Assembly: GCA_963677485.1 (NCBI GenBank)
Contig: OY781964.1
Coordinates: 672,001 to 736,000 of the forward strand
Direction of reading: 5' to 3'
Source of the DNA: Armatimonadota bacterium
GTDB lineage: Bacteria; Armatimonadota; HRBIN16
Length of the DNA: 64,000 nucleotides
Positions 1-9,034 of this stretch are shown here, piece after piece. A model generated the notes under the pieces. It made no database searches. It was not told where the DNA came from and worked only from the letters and a program-made list of their open reading frames with translations. The first letter of the stretch is position 1, and every line of letters starts with the position of its first letter. Position numbers and translations under genes: made by a program.

Positions 1-220
1 GATCGACAAATGTGCTGATATAGTCAAAACAGCCATATACCATCTTTATATGTTGCACTAACCTTGGAAGACTAACACTACCACCACCTCGGTCTCTTTC
101 ATGTTTCTTAAGTAAGGTCGTTCTGATATCCTGGTTATACAATGCGAGATGTGGTTTGATACAACGTTCGACGAATACCAGTTCGGTATGACCCTCACAG
201 ATGATACAAACTCGTTTCAT
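1..220 (-). CDS. DUF4276-like (TOPRIM-type) protein, truncated by window edge
   Basis: Manual translation from ATG at 220: MKRVCIICEGHTELVFVERCIKPHL...RGGGSVS...STFVD. The EGxTE and GGG motifs are present. Its ATG overlaps the ATPase stop (ATGA). Confidence 0.7.
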   Translation of the reverse strand, partial: MKRVCIICEGHTELVFVERCIKPHLALYNQDIRTTLLKKHERDRGGGSVSLPRLVQHIKMVYGCFDYISTFVD

Positions 221-687
221 ATCTCACTCTCAAACACGTTCTGCAGCCATAAATCTGATATCAAATAGTCATCGTGAAGCCATTGATCATACTGCTTTTG
301 GGGTAGGCACTGTAAACTGGTAGCACCGTCAACTGTCTTGGCAACTATGATGTTTTCAAGGTCAAAGCAATCAACCATATATGGCGACTGTGTGGCGATG
401 AAAACCTGCCGTGACTGAGCAACCCGTTTGATCATATCAGACACAAGCATGATTGCTTGAGGATGCAATCCAAGTTCCGGCTCATCGAAAAACAGCACAT
501 CAGACATCATCTCTGCAGGCATATTTAGCAAAGTCAGTAAACAAAACTGTCGCTAATCGGGTTACACTATACCAGCCCATTCGGCATGTGTGAGCCACCC
601 ATGTTCGGCATGACTATACCACTCTAGCCGTGTTTCGATGCCCCTGACCGCCTAAATGATAGACACAGTTTTATCAGGAGGGCATAC

Positions 688-2247
688 ATGGAAAGGCTAA
701 GAATGCAGATCATAGAAGAGATCATATTCCGACTGCGGCGTGGGCAGTCCCAACGAGCGATTTCTCGTGACACGGGCTGCGCTCGTAACACCGTCAGCCA
801 ATACGCACAGTGGGCATCTCGACTTGGATACCTGGCTCCAGATTCAGATATGCCGAGTATGGAGGCATTTCGTGACACCTTACCGCAGCGCAAACGACGC
901 AGTAATGTGTCTAGTGCTGAACCATACCGCGAAGTCATCGAGACTTATCTCCAGGCTCACATAGAGGCAGTGACCATCCACAACAACCTAAAGCGACTAT
1001 ACGGGTTTACCGGTAGCTACTCTTCGGTTATTCGCTTCATTAGCGGATTGACCCCCAAAGAGCAGTTGGCCATTATACGTCTAGAGACAGATCCAGGAAA
1101 ACAGGCCCAGGTTGACTTCGGATTTGTGGGGCAAATGAAGGACCCCGCAACAGGCAAGATGCGTTCAACGTATGCCTTCTTGATGACGCTATCACACTCT
1201 CGACATCAATACGTGGAGTTTGTATTCAATCAAAGGATACCCACATGGGTGAACTGCCATATCAACGCCTTTGAATTCTTCGGAGGCGTTCCAGAGGAAC
1301 TTGTGATAGACAATCTAAAGTCAGCGGTTCTCAAAGCAGATATATACGACCCTGTCATCTCGGAGCCGTATCGGCAACTGGCCTTGCACTACGACTTCCT
1401 CATTCATCCATGTAGAGTGAGAACCCCGGAGCATAAAGGAAAAGTGGAAAACGGGGTTCATTACGTGCAGCGAAACTTCATTGCAGGCCGGGAGTTCATG
1501 GATATCGACGAAGCGAACCTGCTTGTGAAGACCTGGATCACACAAGAGGCAGGTCTGCGTAACCATGGAACCACACATAAACAGCCATTGGCGCAGTTCA
1601 ATCAGGTAGAGAAGAGCACGCTTAAGTCATTACCAGACACGGAATTTGATCTCATTGAAGTTCGTAGTGCGAAAGTCCATCGGGACTGTCATGTTACAGT
1701 GTATGGTTCTTACTATTCCGTGCCCTACAGCTACATAGGCAGCCAAATGGACGTGCATCTGCACGAACGAGTGGTGCAGATATATGATAACGACCATAAA
1801 CTAGTTGGAACACATCAAAGAGCGACACAACAAGGGCAGCGCATTACCCGCATGACTGATTACCCAACACATAAAGTGGCCTATATGGTTCTTTTAATCG
1901 AGAATTGCCTGGAATTAGGGCATGACATCGGCCCCAGTTGTGTTACGGTGCTTAATGCTTTGCTGGCTGACAGGCCTGTAGACCGAAGACAATCCGTGAA
2001 GAGGATCGTCCGGCTAGTTCAAACGTACAGCAGTAGTCGCCTGGAAGCGGCCTGCGCACGCTCTCTCTATTACCAAGATGGTAGTTACCAACGCATTGCT
2101 AAGATACTGAGGGCCGGTACAGATCACGAGCCAATGGGAATAACATCTTCTCTTCCCCCTAAAAAAGACTACCTCTTCGCTCGTAGTGCCGACGAATTCA
2201 TTTTGGTCAGTAATGCTGACACCAATATGGAGGTAGAAGCGTGTTAA
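688..2247 (+). CDS. istA: IS21 transposase IstA
   Basis: N-terminal HTH; ETDPGKQAQVDFG, IDNLKS and KGKVE DDE motifs. Confidence 0.95.
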   Translation: MERLRMQIIEEIIFRLRRGQSQRAISRDTGCARNTVSQYAQWASRLGYLAPDSDMPSMEAFRDTLPQRKRRSNVSSAEPYREVIETYLQAHIEAVTIHNNLKRLYGFTGSYSSVIRFISGLTPKEQLAIIRLETDPGKQAQVDFGFVGQMKDPATGKMRSTYAFLMTLSHSRHQYVEFVFNQRIPTWVNCHINAFEFFGGVPEELVIDNLKSAVLKADIYDPVISEPYRQLALHYDFLIHPCRVRTPEHKGKVENGVHYVQRNFIAGREFMDIDEANLLVKTWITQEAGLRNHGTTHKQPLAQFNQVEKSTLKSLPDTEFDLIEVRSAKVHRDCHVTVYGSYYSVPYSYIGSQMDVHLHERVVQIYDNDHKLVGTHQRATQQGQRITRMTDYPTHKVAYMVLLIENCLELGHDIGPSCVTVLNALLADRPVDRRQSVKRIVRLVQTYSSSRLEAACARSLYYQDGSYQRIAKILRAGTDHEPMGITSSLPPKKDYLFARSADEFILVSNADTNMEVEAC

Positions 2248-3008
2248 CTCACACACTGCTACCCAAGCTCAGGCAACTCAGATGGTCTGGCATGGTTGAT
2301 AGCCTCGAAGAGAGAGCGGAGCTAGCCCGTGAGCAAAAGCTCTCACCAACGGAGTTCCTTGCGTTATTAGTAGATGATGAGCTTGAGCGACGCAGCCAAA
2401 CTAAACAGGTAAAGATGGAGAAGGCGGCCTGTTTCGAGAACACGAAACTGCTGTCCCACTTCGACTTCAACGCTGTACCTACCCTTGATCGTTCGCTGGT
2501 AAGGGAGATGGCGACCTGCCAGTTTATCGCTCAACATGCCAACTGGCTGGTGTGTGGTCCCACTGGTGTGGGCAAGACACATCTAGCCACCGCCATAGGT
2601 TATGAGGCCATTAAGCGAAGCTACAGTGTTTATAACAGTTCTGTCCACAAGTTGCAACAGGAGATGTTTGCGGCCAGGGCAGACGATGCTTATACGCGGT
2701 TGATTAAGAAATTGGTCAACGTTGACCTCCTGATACTCGACGACTTTGGTCTTCGCCCCATCACAATTCAGGGAGCGGAAGACCTCTACGAGATCATCCA
2801 CCAGAGATACGAGAAGGGCAGTATTGTATTGACATCTAATCGGGCTCCCTCCGAATGGCCGGAGATGTTTGGCGACTCTCTTCTCGCTTCAGCTGCTATG
2901 GACAGATTGACTCACCATGCCCGGGTGACTGTTGTCACCGGTGAGAGCTATCGCCAAAGGCAGCGCAGAGGGGAGGTAAGCAAGCCGGATAATGCATCCG
3001 TAGAGTGA
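2241..3008 (+). CDS. istB: IS21 helper ATPase IstB
   Basis: GPTGVGKT, LLILDDFG, TSN, DRLTHH motifs; overlaps the end of istA. Confidence 0.95.
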   Translation: MLTHTLLPKLRQLRWSGMVDSLEERAELAREQKLSPTEFLALLVDDELERRSQTKQVKMEKAACFENTKLLSHFDFNAVPTLDRSLVREMATCQFIAQHANWLVCGPTGVGKTHLATAIGYEAIKRSYSVYNSSVHKLQQEMFAARADDAYTRLIKKLVNVDLLILDDFGLRPITIQGAEDLYEIIHQRYEKGSIVLTSNRAPSEWPEMFGDSLLASAAMDRLTHHARVTVVTGESYRQRQRRGEVSKPDNASVE

Positions 3009-4108
3009 GATACCGACGCATCCAACACTTACATTGGGCAATGAACACGAACTAGTCAAGTGGTATACATATGCCGAACATGGGTGGTAGTAATAAGGTG
3101 ACTATTGACAAACAAAACAATCGTAGTGATCCATCGGAAGTCAAATGAGGTCCGAACGTCTTCCCATTGTGCGAACTTTTCCACCTGATCTGCACTTTAC
3201 CAAACGCAGGCTGTAATTCGAAATCTTCGAAGCCTGGCAGCACGCGTGATACTTGCTTCACAATCAGTTTGTAGCGCCTGATATCGTGATTCTGTAGATA
3301 TAGTAGTACCGGTGCAAGATTGGCACCGTCGCTACGCATCCAGTTGTAGTCATCTACATCCCAGGGTTGCCTGATGTATGCATGTGCTGAAGTGTCATGG
3401 AATTGGTAAGTGACACAACTCTTCAAAAGGCTGGCAACAACCTGCGCCGTCTTGTCCTGCGTGATATATTCGATCAGAGCTGCTTCTTTACTCGGTCCGG
3501 GCAGCTCTTTCCACCCAGCCTCCGATTCGAGTGATAAACTCGAATAACGATAAGCTTCGTGAACAAACAACAGTGAATCATCTGAGCTTATATGGGAAAG
3601 TGCAAACTCATAGTCGTTAACTCCAGTCTGCGTTTCAATGCGGACACGTGCATCCATTCGTGGAGTGGCGCGAGCACCCATGTAGAGTTGATCATCACCG
3701 CCTCCATGCCGCATGACAAACTCCTGCAGTTTCTGGCCGCGCAACATCCATCCCAGCATCTCAAAAAATCGGATGAAGTTTGATTTTCCCGCACCATTTG
3801 CCCCGATGAGGACGGCAAGCTGAGGAATATCCAGGTTATCAACACACTGCAGGCTCCTAAAGCCATGAATGCTGACTTGTTTGATACGACCCACTAACCG
3901 TTGTTGTGGTGCGATGTCATCATGCATTTAGCTACCCCTGTAATGGTTATGTAAAGAAGGTGAGGTCTTGTGGAATTACTATACAGCCATATTGTACCCA
4001 ACATCAACGAGCTGCCATTCATCACAATGGATCCCGCGAAACCTCATTAAGATGTATCCTATAACAAATAGGAAATACCTAAAACCGCATTACTCGAAGG
4101 AGAATAAC

Positions 4109-6535
4109 ATGAAACCTGCGATCATTTTGGGGCTGCTTGTGGGCACTTTCTGCGCCAGCCTCTGCTCCGCTGTGCCTTACGATAAGGCAGACCAGCGGGC
4201 CCTGGAATTACTAAACAAGATGACGCTCGAGGAGAAGCTGTCATACATTGGCGGCGGCAACACAGCCCTGGATATCAAGCCGATCCCACGGCTGGGCATC
4301 CCTCAGATCATCATGTCCGATGGTCCCTCAGGCGTACGCTGCTACGGACCAGCAGCCGCTCTTCCAGGCGGGCTTACACTCGCCGCCAGTTGGGACAAGC
4401 AACTTGCGCACGAATACGGGGTGATCATGGGCAAGGAAGCCCGAGCTCGTGGCGTGCATATTATGCTTGGCCCTGGAGTCAACATCACCCGCTCACCCAT
4501 GGCTGGACGCAGCTTTGAGTATTTCGGCGAGGACCCCTACCTTGCCTCAGAGATCACGGTGCCATGGATCAATGGCCTGCAGTCTCAAGAGGTGCTGGCC
4601 ACGGTCAAGCACTTCGCAGCGAACAACCAGGAGTGGGACCGAAATGGTGTCAGCTCTGAGGTCGACGAACGAACATTGCGTGAGATCTACTTTCCAGCTT
4701 TTGAGGCGGCAGTCATACGAGCCCACACCGGATGCGTGATGGACTCCTATAACCTGGTGAACGGAAAACACGCTTCAGAGAACGACTTCCTGCAGAACCA
4801 GGTGCTTAAAAAGGAATGGGGATTCAATGGAATCCTGATGTCTGACTGGGGCGCTGCCCATAGTGCTATCGGATGCGCACTAGGCGGTCTAGACCTGGAG
4901 ATGCCCAGCGGAGCCTTCATGAACGAGGCCAACCTGAAAGAAGCAGTGCTATCGGGGAAGGTGCCCGAGCGTATCATCAACGACAAGGTTCGCCGGATAC
5001 TCCGAACCTGCATCGCTGCGAACTTTTTCGACCGACCCCAAACACTCAGCAACATTCCGAAAGATAATCCCGCCAGCGATGCGTTTGCGCTTAAAGGCGC
5101 ACGCGAAGGTATCGTTCTGTTGAAAAACAGTAAAAACTTCCTGCCGTTGGACAGGAACAAAGTGAAGCAAATCGCCGTGGTTGGTCCCAATGCTCATCCG
5201 GCGGTATTCAGCGGTGGAGGCAGCGGCTACACCTCACCATTCAGAGCTGTCAGCATTTTTGATGGCATCAAGTCGGTGGTTTCTAACAGCTCCACCGTTT
5301 CGTATGCCAGCGCTTCCCTTCCCATCGGCACGGCGGTGATGGAGGTTTTCGACAACAAGCTGCTTGAGGGTAAGCCGGTCTATACCACCAAGGCTGAGGC
5401 AATCGATTACCACTGGACCAACGGTAATGGGCCAGGACTATCCAAGGGTGATAACTTCTCCGTCCGATGGACATTCACTGCCCATCCTAAAAAGACTGGA
5501 GTGTATGAAGTATCCACCAACTCAGACGATGGCGCCCGCGTGTTCGTCAACGGCAAGAAAGTGATCGACAACTGGACTGACCATGCCACTACCCGGGACA
5601 TCGGATCAGCTCGACTTGAGGCGAAGGACAACTTGATCGTCGTCGAATATTACCAAGGCGCTGGTGAGTCCGTCATGCAGTTTGGCTGGCGACCGTTCGT
5701 CACCGCTGATGAGCAGTTGGCTGGACTGGCCAAGATGGACGCAGTGGTGTATTGCGCAGGCCTCAATGACCAGATGGAAGGCGAAGGGCATGACCACGCC
5801 TACGGGTTACCTGCGGCTCAGCTCATGGAAATCCAGAAGATCGCCACGATCAACCCCAATATTATTGTGGTCATCAACAGCGGCTGCGCGATGTCATGGG
5901 ATGGATGGCTCGATAAGGTGCCGGCCGTTCTGCAGGCATGGTATCCAGGTCAGCAGGTTGGCCGTGCGGTGGCTGATATTCTTTTTGGCGATGTGAACCC
6001 TTCGGGTAAGCTGCCTGTCAGCTTTGAAAAGCGCCAACAAGACAACCCCACTTACCCCTACTATAGCATTACCAACAAGCAGACCACCCCGTATACGGAA
6101 GGCATCTTCGTGGGTTACCGCGGATTTGATAAGAAGAACGTCAAGCCGATGTTCCCCTTCGGATATGGGCTGTCATATACCAGTTTCAAGCTGTCAAATA
6201 TGAAGATCACACAGCAAGGAATTGGTGCGGAACGAAAAGTGCTGGTCTCCTGTAAACTCACCAATACGGGGAAGCGCGCCGGTGCGGAGGTGGTTCAGCT
6301 TTACATTGGTGACGCCAAGTGCTCCGTGCCTCGTCCCATTCGCGAACTGAAGGGCTTCGAAAAGAAGCCGCTTGAGCCTGGTAAGAGCACTCAGGTGAGT
6401 TTCACTCTGAGTAAGAGGGACCTGTCTTTCTACGATGTGAAGTCCCATAGCTGGGTAGCCGAACCAGGCTTGTTCAACGTGTATGTTGGCAACAGCTCCC
6501 GCAACCTGCCGCTGCGCGGCTCGTTCAACTGGTAG
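4109..6535 (+). CDS. Secreted GH3 beta-glucosidase with PA14 insert and Fn3-like C-terminus
   Basis: Signal peptide after AAGGAG RBS; GRSFEYFGEDP, KHFAANNQE, MSDW motifs; PA14-like NSDDGARV. Confidence 0.92.
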   Translation: MKPAIILGLLVGTFCASLCSAVPYDKADQRALELLNKMTLEEKLSYIGGGNTALDIKPIPRLGIPQIIMSDGPSGVRCYGPAAALPGGLTLAASWDKQLAHEYGVIMGKEARARGVHIMLGPGVNITRSPMAGRSFEYFGEDPYLASEITVPWINGLQSQEVLATVKHFAANNQEWDRNGVSSEVDERTLREIYFPAFEAAVIRAHTGCVMDSYNLVNGKHASENDFLQNQVLKKEWGFNGILMSDWGAAHSAIGCALGGLDLEMPSGAFMNEANLKEAVLSGKVPERIINDKVRRILRTCIAANFFDRPQTLSNIPKDNPASDAFALKGAREGIVLLKNSKNFLPLDRNKVKQIAVVGPNAHPAVFSGGGSGYTSPFRAVSIFDGIKSVVSNSSTVSYASASLPIGTAVMEVFDNKLLEGKPVYTTKAEAIDYHWTNGNGPGLSKGDNFSVRWTFTAHPKKTGVYEVSTNSDDGARVFVNGKKVIDNWTDHATTRDIGSARLEAKDNLIVVEYYQGAGESVMQFGWRPFVTADEQLAGLAKMDAVVYCAGLNDQMEGEGHDHAYGLPAAQLMEIQKIATINPNIIVVINSGCAMSWDGWLDKVPAVLQAWYPGQQVGRAVADILFGDVNPSGKLPVSFEKRQQDNPTYPYYSITNKQTTPYTEGIFVGYRGFDKKNVKPMFPFGYGLSYTSFKLSNMKITQQGIGAERKVLVSCKLTNTGKRAGAEVVQLYIGDAKCSVPRPIRELKGFEKKPLEPGKSTQVSFTLSKRDLSFYDVKSHSWVAEPGLFNVYVGNSSRNLPLRGSFNW

Positions 6536-6550
6536 CCATCGCAGAAACAC

Positions 6551-6580
6551 AAAAAGGCGGGCCTTGCGGCCCGCCTTTTT
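6551..6580. terminator. Bidirectional intrinsic terminator
   Basis: AAAAAGGCGGGCC-TTGC-GGCCCGCCTTTTT between convergent genes. Confidence 0.9.
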
Positions 6581-6599
6581 CGTATCTATCGGTAGCTGG

Positions 6600-8249
6600 C
6601 TATTTAGCCAGAACCGTGGCGATGTCCTGCTCAGGTGTGGTGATGGGCTTGATATCAAACGCATCCACCAGCACTTGAAGCGCAGCCGGTTTGATGAAGG
6701 CCGGCAGGCTCGGTCCAAGCCGGATATCCTTGATACCCAAATGCAGTAGTGTCAGCAGTATCGCGACCGCCTTCTGCTCATACCAACTGAGTATCATGCT
6801 CAACGGTAGCTCATTCACGCTGCAGCCAAACGCCTCACTGAGCGCGACCGCTACGCGGATCGCGGAATAGGCGTCGTTGCACTGCCCCATGTCCAGCAGA
6901 CGCGGGATACCGCCGATATCGCCAAACTCTAGCTTGTTAAACCGGAACTTACCGCAAGCCAGCGTCAAGATCACGCAATCATCGGGGATTTGCTCAGCAA
7001 GCTTGGTGTAGTAGTTGCGGCCAGCACGAGCACCGTCACATCCACCTACCAGGAAGAAGTGCTTGATAGCCCCAGCCTTCACAGCATCAATCACCACATC
7101 AGCCACTCCAAGCACCGCATTGTGGCCAAAGCCCACGGTGATGAACTGCTCAGGTGCATCGGTCGCGAAGCCATCGGCCTCTTGTGCAGCTTTGATCACC
7201 GCACTGAAGTCACGGCCAGCCACATGCTGGACACCGGGGAAAGCCACCATACCGGTAGTAAAGATGCGTCCTTTGTATACAGGTGAGGGATCCTGGATGC
7301 AGTTAGTGGTCATCAGCACCGCGCCGGGGAACAGGCTGAATTCGCGGACTTGTAGCTGCCAGGCTCCGCCATAGTTGCCCACGAGATGCTTATATTTGTT
7401 CAGCTCAGGATAGCCATGTGCAGGCAGCATCTCACCGTGGGTGTAGATGTTGATGCCCATGCCCTCTGTCTGTTCCAGCAGGTCAGCCAGGTCACGCAGA
7501 TCGTGCCCGGAAACCACAATCGCCTTACCCTTCACTGGGGTCACACGAACCTTGGTGGGCACTGGATGGCCATACACGCCGGTGTTAGCAGAATCCAGCA
7601 GCTCCATCACCTTCAGGTTGAGTGCGCCGACTTCCAGCGCGATACCCAGCAGATCATCAGCCGTGGGGTTCGGTGCCATACTGCGGTCGAGAAGTTCGAA
7701 GAACTTCGCGTTCAGTCCAGCATCCTCAGAACCCAGACGAGCGGCATGGTGAGCGTAAGCCGCGGTGCCCTTCAGGCCATACACGCAGGTCTCAACTAGA
7801 CCTGCCAGCACGTCGCCCAGCTTGGCCACACGAGCCTCGATACCGACTTCGGCAACTTGGCTGACGATCTTCTCGATACTGTCCGCAGGCATTACCTCGC
7901 AGATAGCCGGTGCAGGTAACGGCTTCAGACCGGCGTTGACGGCGGCCTTTTCATACAGTGCCCGTGTCTGGTTCCGCAGTTCGGAAAGATCAGCCACCTG
8001 AATGGCCAGCCTCTCGGGGTCGAAACTCACATTGGTCACAGCGGTGAACAATGCGTCGATCAATCCCGCCTGGGCCTCTTTTGATGGAGCCTGCCCTACT
8101 TCGTAAGCCAGACGACCCCAGTGAGCCAGCCCTTCGGCCACTACCATCAGCATATCCTGCATCGCTGCAGTAGTTTCGTCCTTACCGCACACCCCACGCA
8201 CGGTACAAGCCAGGCCATCCTTAGTCTGTTCGCATTGGTAGCAATACAT
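6600..8249 (-). CDS. hcp: Hybrid cluster protein (hydroxylamine/NO reductase)
   Basis: MYCYQCEQT...C...GVCGK, THGEMLPAH, GGCDG, GQCND, SWYEQKA. Confidence 0.97.
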   Translation of the reverse strand: MYCYQCEQTKDGLACTVRGVCGKDETTAAMQDMLMVVAEGLAHWGRLAYEVGQAPSKEAQAGLIDALFTAVTNVSFDPERLAIQVADLSELRNQTRALYEKAAVNAGLKPLPAPAICEVMPADSIEKIVSQVAEVGIEARVAKLGDVLAGLVETCVYGLKGTAAYAHHAARLGSEDAGLNAKFFELLDRSMAPNPTADDLLGIALEVGALNLKVMELLDSANTGVYGHPVPTKVRVTPVKGKAIVVSGHDLRDLADLLEQTEGMGINIYTHGEMLPAHGYPELNKYKHLVGNYGGAWQLQVREFSLFPGAVLMTTNCIQDPSPVYKGRIFTTGMVAFPGVQHVAGRDFSAVIKAAQEADGFATDAPEQFITVGFGHNAVLGVADVVIDAVKAGAIKHFFLVGGCDGARAGRNYYTKLAEQIPDDCVILTLACGKFRFNKLEFGDIGGIPRLLDMGQCNDAYSAIRVAVALSEAFGCSVNELPLSMILSWYEQKAVAILLTLLHLGIKDIRLGPSLPAFIKPAALQVLVDAFDIKPITTPEQDIATVLAK

Positions 8250-8253
8250 GGTA

Positions 8254-8700
8254 TTATCTCTCCTCGAGTGTGGTTAGTTTGTGATTATTGCCAAGTGCTT
8301 CGGGTGACAAAGACACTTGGTCCAGGGTGGTATTTAGAAAGTAGCTGCTTACCTCGCGGTTCACGCGCTGCAGCACATCGCCCATTACGCATTGAGTATG
8401 GCACATCGGACGGCCTAAAAGGCAATCACATAGCTCCATTTCACCCTCAATCGCCTCGTATATATCTAGTAGTCGGATTTGATTGCTCGGTCTGGCCAAG
8501 GTCAGACCACCTTTGGGCCCGCGCTGTCCGTCCAGTAGGCCGGCTTTAACCAGTCTCTGGCACACCTTTGAGAGGTGCGTCTGGCTGACATCCAGTGTCC
8601 GCGCCACTTGAGACATGGCCATGGCATGTTCCTGACGAGCGAGCACGGTCATAGCATGGAGCCCCAGTGATGCGGCTTCGGAAATTCTTAGCAGTCCCAT
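8254..8700 (-). CDS. Rrf2-family transcriptional regulator with Cys-rich C-terminus
   Basis: HLSKV..RLVKAGL...RGPKGG winged helix; CDCLLGRPMCHTQC. Confidence 0.9.
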   Translation of the reverse strand: MGLLRISEAASLGLHAMTVLARQEHAMAMSQVARTLDVSQTHLSKVCQRLVKAGLLDGQRGPKGGLTLARPSNQIRLLDIYEAIEGEMELCDCLLGRPMCHTQCVMGDVLQRVNREVSSYFLNTTLDQVSLSPEALGNNHKLTTLEER

Positions 8701-8713
8701 ATACACCCCTTTC

Positions 8714-8749
8714 ATATTGTGGTATTACTACTCCATAATACCACAATAT
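8714..8749. promoter_or_regulatory. Perfect 14-bp inverted repeat, likely Rrf2 operator overlapping the rrf2-hcp promoter
   Basis: ATATTGTGGTATTA-N8-TAATACCACAATAT. The minus-strand TTGCAG-N16-TATTAT promoter-like match overlaps it. Confidence 0.65.
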
Positions 8750-9034
8750 ACGCAGGCTGCAAGTGTTTGGTTATGTATTTTCTGAGAAAACAGGTCCTAT
8801 TTACTCAAATTGTCCTACTCGTCCTACTGGTCCTACCCGCCTTATCTTTGGGAAACACACGACAATTAGGACAATTAGCACCGAAAGTAAAGGATGACGC
8901 GCAGCCCGCCCAATTCACCTCACACACGCGATTCGATTCAATTATGTACAATACAATGGTTGAGTGTGGGTAACCACACCACTGCCAGAGGTGTCTCACT
9001 GTACGGCGTCAGTGCGATACGTTGAGGTGAAAAA

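Larger units (their letters stand above)
548..3110 (+). mobile_element. IS21-family insertion sequence
   Basis: Ends are TGTC...GACA. The subterminal repeat CCACCCATGTTCGGCAT is inverted at the two ends. An 8-bp direct repeat AACAAAAC flanks it (540-547, 3111-3118). Contains istA and istB. Confidence 0.95.
217..3927 (-). pseudogene. ABC/AAA_21-type ATPase (COG4637-like) interrupted by IS21
   Basis: The 5' part has Walker A GANGAGKS and SDGSLR. The 3' part has Walker B FFDEPELGLHP and ATQSP. Removing the IS and one TSD copy restores the in-frame sequence GSLRLFCLLTLLNMPAE. Confidence 0.9.

Noticed and set aside
3968-4108. Extended GH3 start (and similarly 30076 for GH51, 17460 for folE2)
   Set aside because: RBS placement, and for the two hydrolases signal-peptide placement, support downstream ATGs (4109, 30154, 17526).
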